Assembly (NCBI GenBank): GCA_964480485.1
Contig: CAYZOP010000007.1
Location: 3,914-67,913, forward strand
Direction: 5' to 3'
Length of the DNA stretch: 64,000 nt
Source: an uncultured Desulfobacterales bacterium
GTDB taxonomy: Bacteria > Desulfobacterota > Desulfobaccia > Desulfobaccales > 0-14-0-80-60-11
Numbering within the stretch: position 1 is the first letter of the stretch; each line of letters starts with the position of its first letter. The notes beneath the pieces are model-generated. The model searched no databases, was not told the DNA's origin, and worked only from the letters and a program-made list of their open reading frames with translations. The position numbers and the translations under genes were made by a program. Below, piece after piece: positions 59,345 to 64,000 of this stretch.

Positions 59345-60550
59345 CTAAATCCTGATGTTGACGATTCTACGGATAGTCAACATTCCCAAGAGCTGAAAGA
59401 ACAAGGCGGTCAGCGCCATCAGACGGCCGGTGCCGTGATGCACCAGCATTAAGGTGTAATCCGGGTTGATTTTGAGCATCACGGAAAAGATGACCGGCGG
59501 CAGGAGGATGAGAATCCACCCGGACAGGCGGCCTTCGGCGGTCAGGGCCTTTATCTGATTTCTCAGCTTAAAGCGCTCCCGTATCAAACTGGCGATCTTT
59601 TCCAGGATTTCCGTGAGGTTTCCCCCGGTCTCCCGCTGGATCATGACTGCGGTGGTGAAAAAACGAAGCTCCTTTAACTCCACCCGCTGACACAGGTTCA
59701 GGAGGGCGCGGTTCATGTCCATGCCGTGATTGTACTCCTTAAAGGTCTTGAAAAATTCCAGCCCGATGGGGTCAGCCATCTCCTCCCCCACCATCTGGAG
59801 CCCGGAGGCAAAAGCATGACCGGCTTTGAGTCCGCGGGCCAGCAGGTCCAGCGCTTCCGGCAGCTGCTTTTCAAATCTTTTCAGGCGGTGCCGTCGCTTC
59901 CAGGTCAGCAGCTTATAAGGGAGGAAAAGACCCGCTGCCAGACCCAAAAACCCGCCCGGCACCCCCCACTGATAATAGCCCAGGCTGAGATTCACCGCGC
60001 CGGAAAGGGCCCCCCCGGACAAGACCACTCCCAGGGGCCAGCTCACGTCGGCCTGGCGGAGCAACCGTTGCAGTCCTTCCAAGAACCGCACCTGCCTGCT
60101 TAACCGGCGCAGCCACGACTGACCGGTTAGGTGCTCAAGTTTCAGGAGCGATTCTTGAGTAAAGCGTTTTTCCAGTCGATCGAGATACTTCAATCTTTTC
60201 TGGAGAAGGCGTTGTTGACGCCGGCCGCGATCAAACAGCACCAGGGTAAGGCCCTCCAGCAGACAGAGAAAGAAGAGAAAGGTAGTGATGATGAGGAGAT
60301 GAGGCAAGCCCTGCAAGGTCGCCCGGAGGCGGCCGACAAAGGTCCCCTGGTTCCCCTGGCCCTTCAGATATCCCGCCCCGGTCCCTTCCAGGAATGAGGC
60401 CGCCTGGGCAGATAGACCGGGAGCTCCCGCCCGGTAGCCAGGAATCTCCGCCGCAATGGCCCCCCCCAAAGCAGCCACCGCCGGTAGCAGCATCAGCAGG
60501 ATTGCCAAACCGAGAGGCGCCAGACTGACACACCGAAGTCCCTTGTTCAT
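59345..60550 (-). CDS. tadB: Tad/Flp pilus assembly protein TadB (T2SS-F domain) with N-terminal extension
   Basis: 401 aa. T2SSF-type C-terminal two-thirds, plus an N-terminal signal/TM segment and a Gly-rich segment. Confidence 0.8.
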   Translation of the reverse strand: MNKGLRCVSLAPLGLAILLMLLPAVAALGGAIAAEIPGYRAGAPGLSAQAASFLEGTGAGYLKGQGNQGTFVGRLRATLQGLPHLLIITTFLFFLCLLEGLTLVLFDRGRRQQRLLQKRLKYLDRLEKRFTQESLLKLEHLTGQSWLRRLSRQVRFLEGLQRLLRQADVSWPLGVVLSGGALSGAVNLSLGYYQWGVPGGFLGLAAGLFLPYKLLTWKRRHRLKRFEKQLPEALDLLARGLKAGHAFASGLQMVGEEMADPIGLEFFKTFKEYNHGMDMNRALLNLCQRVELKELRFFTTAVMIQRETGGNLTEILEKIASLIRERFKLRNQIKALTAEGRLSGWILILLPPVIFSVMLKINPDYTLMLVHHGTGRLMALTALFFQLLGMLTIRRIVNIRI

Positions 60551-60593
60551 CGCAGCTCATCCGTCCCGGTGTGGGGGCTCCAGGGGGCAGCTT

Positions 60594-61943
60594 TCAATAA
60601 CTCTCCCTGAAAATCGCGGCCGGGAGGTTGATGCCCATGGCCTCCAGGCGATCCATGAATTTGGGCCTGATGCCAGTGATCATGAACCGGCCGCGTACCC
60701 GGCGGTCCTCGGTGAGACCCATCAATTTGAAAGAGAAAATCTCTTGCATGGTAATCATGTCCCCCTCCATGCCCACAATCTCATTGAGGCTCATCATCTT
60801 GCGGCTGCCATCGCTGAGCCGGGCCAACTGAATGACCACATTGATGGCCGAGGCAATCTGGTGCCGGATGGCCTTCTCCGGGATTTGCAGGCCGGCCATG
60901 GACACCATGGTTTCCAGCCGGGTAAGGGCGTCCCGGGGGGTGTTGGCGTGAATGGTGGCCAGGGAACCGTCATGGCCGGTGTTCATGGCCTGGAGCATAT
61001 CCAGGGCTTCCCCTTGGCGCACTTCGCCCAGGATGATGCGCTCCGGGCGCATCCGCAGGGCATTGCGCACCAAGTCACGCTGGGTGATCTCTCCCATGCC
61101 TTCCAGGTTGGGAGGCCTGGTCTCCAACCGGACCACGTGCTCCTGCTGGAGTTGCAACTCCGCCGAGTCCTCAATGGTGATGATGCGCTCGTCATTGGGG
61201 ATGAAGCTGGACAGCACGTTCAAGAAGGTGGTCTTGCCGGTGCCGGTGCCTCCGGAGATCAGGATGTTGAGGCGGGCCTGCACAATGGCCTCCAGGACCT
61301 GGGCCATCTCCGGGGTCAGCGTGTTGAACTCGATGAGGTTGTGGATGCGAATGGGATCTTTGGCGAATTTCCGGATGGACAAGGCCGGGCCGTCCAAAGC
61401 CAGGGGCGGGATGATGGCGTTGACCCGGGAGCCGTCAGGCAACCTGGCGTCCACCATGGGGCAGGACTCATCCACCCGACGGCCCACACCTGAGGCAATC
61501 TTCTCAATGATCTTCAAAAGATGGGCATTGTCCGTGAAGCGGGCCGGAGACCGTTCCAGCTTCCCCCGGCGTTCCACAAAGACCTGGTCAAAGCCGTTTA
61601 CCAGAATATCGCCGATGTTGGCATCGTTGAGCAGGGAGTCTAGCGGTCCGTAGCCCAACAGTTCATCGCGGATCTCTTTGACCAGACGCTCCTTTTCCGG
61701 GAGAGTCAGGGCCAGGTTCTCTTCCGTCAGGATGAGCTCGATGCCCCGACGGAGATCTTCCTGGAGCACGGTCTCCTCGGCTTCGGCCAACCGGGCCAGA
61801 TCCAAAAGATTCAGGAGGCGGAAATGGATCTTGGCCCGCAGTTCGCTGAAGGCGGTTTCCTTTTTCTGATCCGGGCTGACGGCCGCAGCGGAGCCGCCGC
61901 GTTCACCGGTGGCGCGCTCGCGGATGCGGGCGATGATGCTCAT
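60594..61943 (-). CDS. cpaF: Tad/Flp pilus secretion ATPase CpaF/TadA
   Basis: Walker [10 protein letters not shown], the [12 protein letters not shown] block, and [12 protein letters not shown]. Confidence 0.93.
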   Translation of the reverse strand: MSIIARIRERATGERGGSAAAVSPDQKKETAFSELRAKIHFRLLNLLDLARLAEAEETVLQEDLRRGIELILTEENLALTLPEKERLVKEIRDELLGYGPLDSLLNDANIGDILVNGFDQVFVERRGKLERSPARFTDNAHLLKIIEKIASGVGRRVDESCPMVDARLPDGSRVNAIIPPLALDGPALSIRKFAKDPIRIHNLIEFNTLTPEMAQVLEAIVQARLNILISGGTGTGKTTFLNVLSSFIPNDERIITIEDSAELQLQQEHVVRLETRPPNLEGMGEITQRDLVRNALRMRPERIILGEVRQGEALDMLQAMNTGHDGSLATIHANTPRDALTRLETMVSMAGLQIPEKAIRHQIASAINVVIQLARLSDGSRKMMSLNEIVGMEGDMITMQEIFSFKLMGLTEDRRVRGRFMITGIRPKFMDRLEAMGINLPAAIFRESY

Positions 61944-61950
61944 CGGTCAT

Positions 61951-63123
61951 CTATCTCCTGAAAAGATTCATGAGGCCCCAACGGGAGCCCTTGTCCGGCG
62001 GGCCTTCCTTGCCCTCCAGGTGTTCGGCCAGCACCTTGAGGTCCCGACAGATGGCATGTCCCGGGGCCAGGCGGGCCAGGGGCTGGCCCTCGTTGATGCT
62101 GCGCATCGTCTCCTTGAAATCGAAGGCGATGGTTCCCTTGACCTCCCGCCCCAGAAAACCGGCCACATCGGTCACTGCCAGTTCGCCGCTCTTCTGCCAG
62201 GAGTTAAGCCACACTTCCAGGGGGACGGCCTCCAGCCCCAAAAGCTTGAGAAGTTCCAGCAACTTCTTGGCATTGGATAACGCCGGGATGGTCTGGTTGG
62301 CCACGACGATGATGAGATCGGAGAGTTCCAGGGACCTCAGGGCGCCCTCGTCCAGGTGGTGTCCCAGGTCCACCAGAATATGCGTGAAAATTTTTATTTT
62401 CTTCAGGTAATTGAGGACTTTTTCCAACTGGTCCGGCGTCACCGCCTCGGCGTCCTCCAGGCGTTCCGGCGCCGGCAAGAGCTGCAGATTCTTGTCGTAC
62501 TGATAAAACAAGCTCTGAAGATAGGCCCGGTCGAGATGGTCGGCGTTTTCAATGACCTCGACGATGCTGTATTGCGGCTTGGCGTCAAAGAAATGCACGA
62601 GCTGTCCATACCTCAGGTCCAGATCCACCAGGAGCGCCTGGTTCCGGTCCTGCCGGGCCAGCAGATAGGCGGCATTGGCCGCCACGAAGGTGGTCCCTAC
62701 CCCTCCCTTGCTCCCCAAAAAGGAGACCAGCCTGGTGGGCGCAGCCAGGTCCGGCACCTCCGACAGGACCGGCAGACGGTCCAGGGCCTCCTGAAATTCC
62801 TCGGCGCGGATGGGGTAGGTGAAGCACTCCTTGACTCCCAGGCGGAGGGCTTTCCACAATTGATCGGTGGTGATCTCCGGAAGGTAAAGAAAGATGGGGG
62901 GATTTCGATGATCGGCGGTGGTCCGCCGAATCCAGCCATCCAATTCCCGGTTGTCGGTCTGATATTCCAGCAAAATGGCATTGGTACCGGAGTTGACATG
63001 GGCCGGCAGTCTGTCCAAGGGGCCCACCTCCACGAGGGCCCCCTGCCGGGAGGCGGTTACCACCTTCTGCAGGTATTCCCCTGCTTCGGGCGTGCTGTAG
63101 TACAGACTGAACTTGATGGCCAT
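61951..63123 (-). CDS. cpaE: CpaE/TadZ (receiver-like N-terminal domain plus MinD/ParA-type ATPase)
   Basis: Deviant Walker A FLGSKGGVGTTFVAANAAYLLA. Confidence 0.8.
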   Translation of the reverse strand: MAIKFSLYYSTPEAGEYLQKVVTASRQGALVEVGPLDRLPAHVNSGTNAILLEYQTDNRELDGWIRRTTADHRNPPIFLYLPEITTDQLWKALRLGVKECFTYPIRAEEFQEALDRLPVLSEVPDLAAPTRLVSFLGSKGGVGTTFVAANAAYLLARQDRNQALLVDLDLRYGQLVHFFDAKPQYSIVEVIENADHLDRAYLQSLFYQYDKNLQLLPAPERLEDAEAVTPDQLEKVLNYLKKIKIFTHILVDLGHHLDEGALRSLELSDLIIVVANQTIPALSNAKKLLELLKLLGLEAVPLEVWLNSWQKSGELAVTDVAGFLGREVKGTIAFDFKETMRSINEGQPLARLAPGHAICRDLKVLAEHLEGKEGPPDKGSRWGLMNLFRR

Positions 63124-63204
63124 CTCCGGGTTCCATCCTGGGGGTGGATTGGCCTGGGCGCCGTCCGGCCCAGCCGGGACATCCGGCCAACCGGACGGCG
63201 CGGT

Positions 63205-64000
63205 TTAGAAATTGACATGATCGCGCTTCAGCCTGGGGTTGCCCAAATCCAGATAGACCTTGGGAGGGAGGACCCGGATGATTTCAGCGGCCTGGCCGGC
63301 GCTGGCCCCAGCCACCAGATGGGTGGTGCGCACCCCCGAAGTTGGGGTGATCTTCTGGTTCTGTTGGCTGCGCAACACCAAGGAAATGGTCCCCTCCTTG
63401 GCGGCGTTGGCCAACCGCTCACCCTGACCTGGCTCCACCTCCAGGGTGACGGTGGGAACCACCTGGGGCTTCTCCCCCGGACGCCGTTCAATCTGCTGGC
63501 CCGTGCCCAAGACCCGGAGATTCTGCAAGGCCAGGCGACTGACGGGATCGTCTTTGAACTCCCCCACCTTGTCGATGGTCACCATCACGTCCACCCGGTC
63601 GTTGGGGCTCACAAAGCCCGCCACCCCCGAGGCCTCGTCCACTTTCACCGTCATGGCTCGCTTGCCAGGGCTCAAGAGGGCGGTGAGGCCCGCCTGGGTC
63701 CCCGGGGGGGCCAGCTTGACCTCCAGGATGGGCTCCCCGGCCCGGAAATGGGAGCCCGCCACTCGACCGGCCACCTCTTCCATTCGGGCGAAACTACCCT
63801 GGGGACAACTTTCCACTGGCCAATGGCGGATCACCAATTGCTCCTGGGCTAAGGACTGGGCGGCGTCAATGTCCTTGGCAGCCACCACCACCGCCCGCAT
63901 CTTGATTGTCTGTTGGGCGTTTTGCGCGGACTGGCCCTTGAGCCAACCCAACGCCATGACCGTGGCCGTGGTGCCGAAGACCAGGGCCAGGATGAGCCAG
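63205..64000 (-). CDS. cpaB: Flp pilus assembly protein CpaB/RcpC (SAF domain); 5' end beyond right edge
   Basis: The frame stays open upstream of the track ATG (63957). It encodes ...WLILALVFGTTATVMALGWLKG, a TM anchor, so the true start lies outside the window. Confidence 0.8.
   Translation of the reverse strand, partial: WLILALVFGTTATVMALGWLKGQSAQNAQQTIKMRAVVVAAKDIDAAQSLAQEQLVIRHWPVESCPQGSFARMEEVAGRVAGSHFRAGEPILEVKLAPPGTQAGLTALLSPGKRAMTVKVDEASGVAGFVSPNDRVDVMVTIDKVGEFKDDPVSRLALQNLRVLGTGQQIERRPGEKPQVVPTVTLEVEPGQGERLANAAKEGTISLVLRSQQNQKITPTSGVRTTHLVAGASAGQAAEIIRVLPPKVYLDLGNPRLKRDHVNF

Overview
Visibly GC-rich bacterial chromosome segment. It is a diderm (LptF/G, LapA) and probably an anaerobe; the Desulfobacterota/Thermodesulfobacteriota-like assignment is inferred from gene content only. 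Most of the window is housekeeping: nfo, gyrA, gpsA, pfk, metG, moaA, mutS, mdh, tRNA-Cys, tRNA-Gly and a 271-nt Bacillus-type SRP RNA. It also holds two MotAB stator operons with sigma28-like promoters, a CheZ-like phosphatase, and the distal part of a Tad/Flp pilus locus (cpaB-cpaE-cpaF-tadB-tadC). I recognised no transposase, integrase, CRISPR array or rRNA. The standout region is about 31.4-45.3 kb. Two near-consensus sigma54 promoters face three paralogous GcvH-like proteins whose lipoyl-lysine position is Gly. These bracket hdrA-mvhD-FeS-fdhA, where three of the four genes carry an in-frame UGA aligned to a conserved Cys (selenocysteine). The block also encodes its own cytoplasmic histidine kinase (tandem Rossmann-like N-terminus plus Cys-motif PAS domains) and a sigma54 enhancer-binding response regulator. 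A second, NAD-type selenocysteine formate dehydrogenase (fdhA plus a NuoE-NuoF fusion) lies just upstream. All four UGA-interrupted genes appear split in the ORF track. A family of G/C-tract palindromic intergenic repeats occurs in four places. All calls rest on reading the sequence and the translations by eye. Start codons are often uncertain, and no database search was run.
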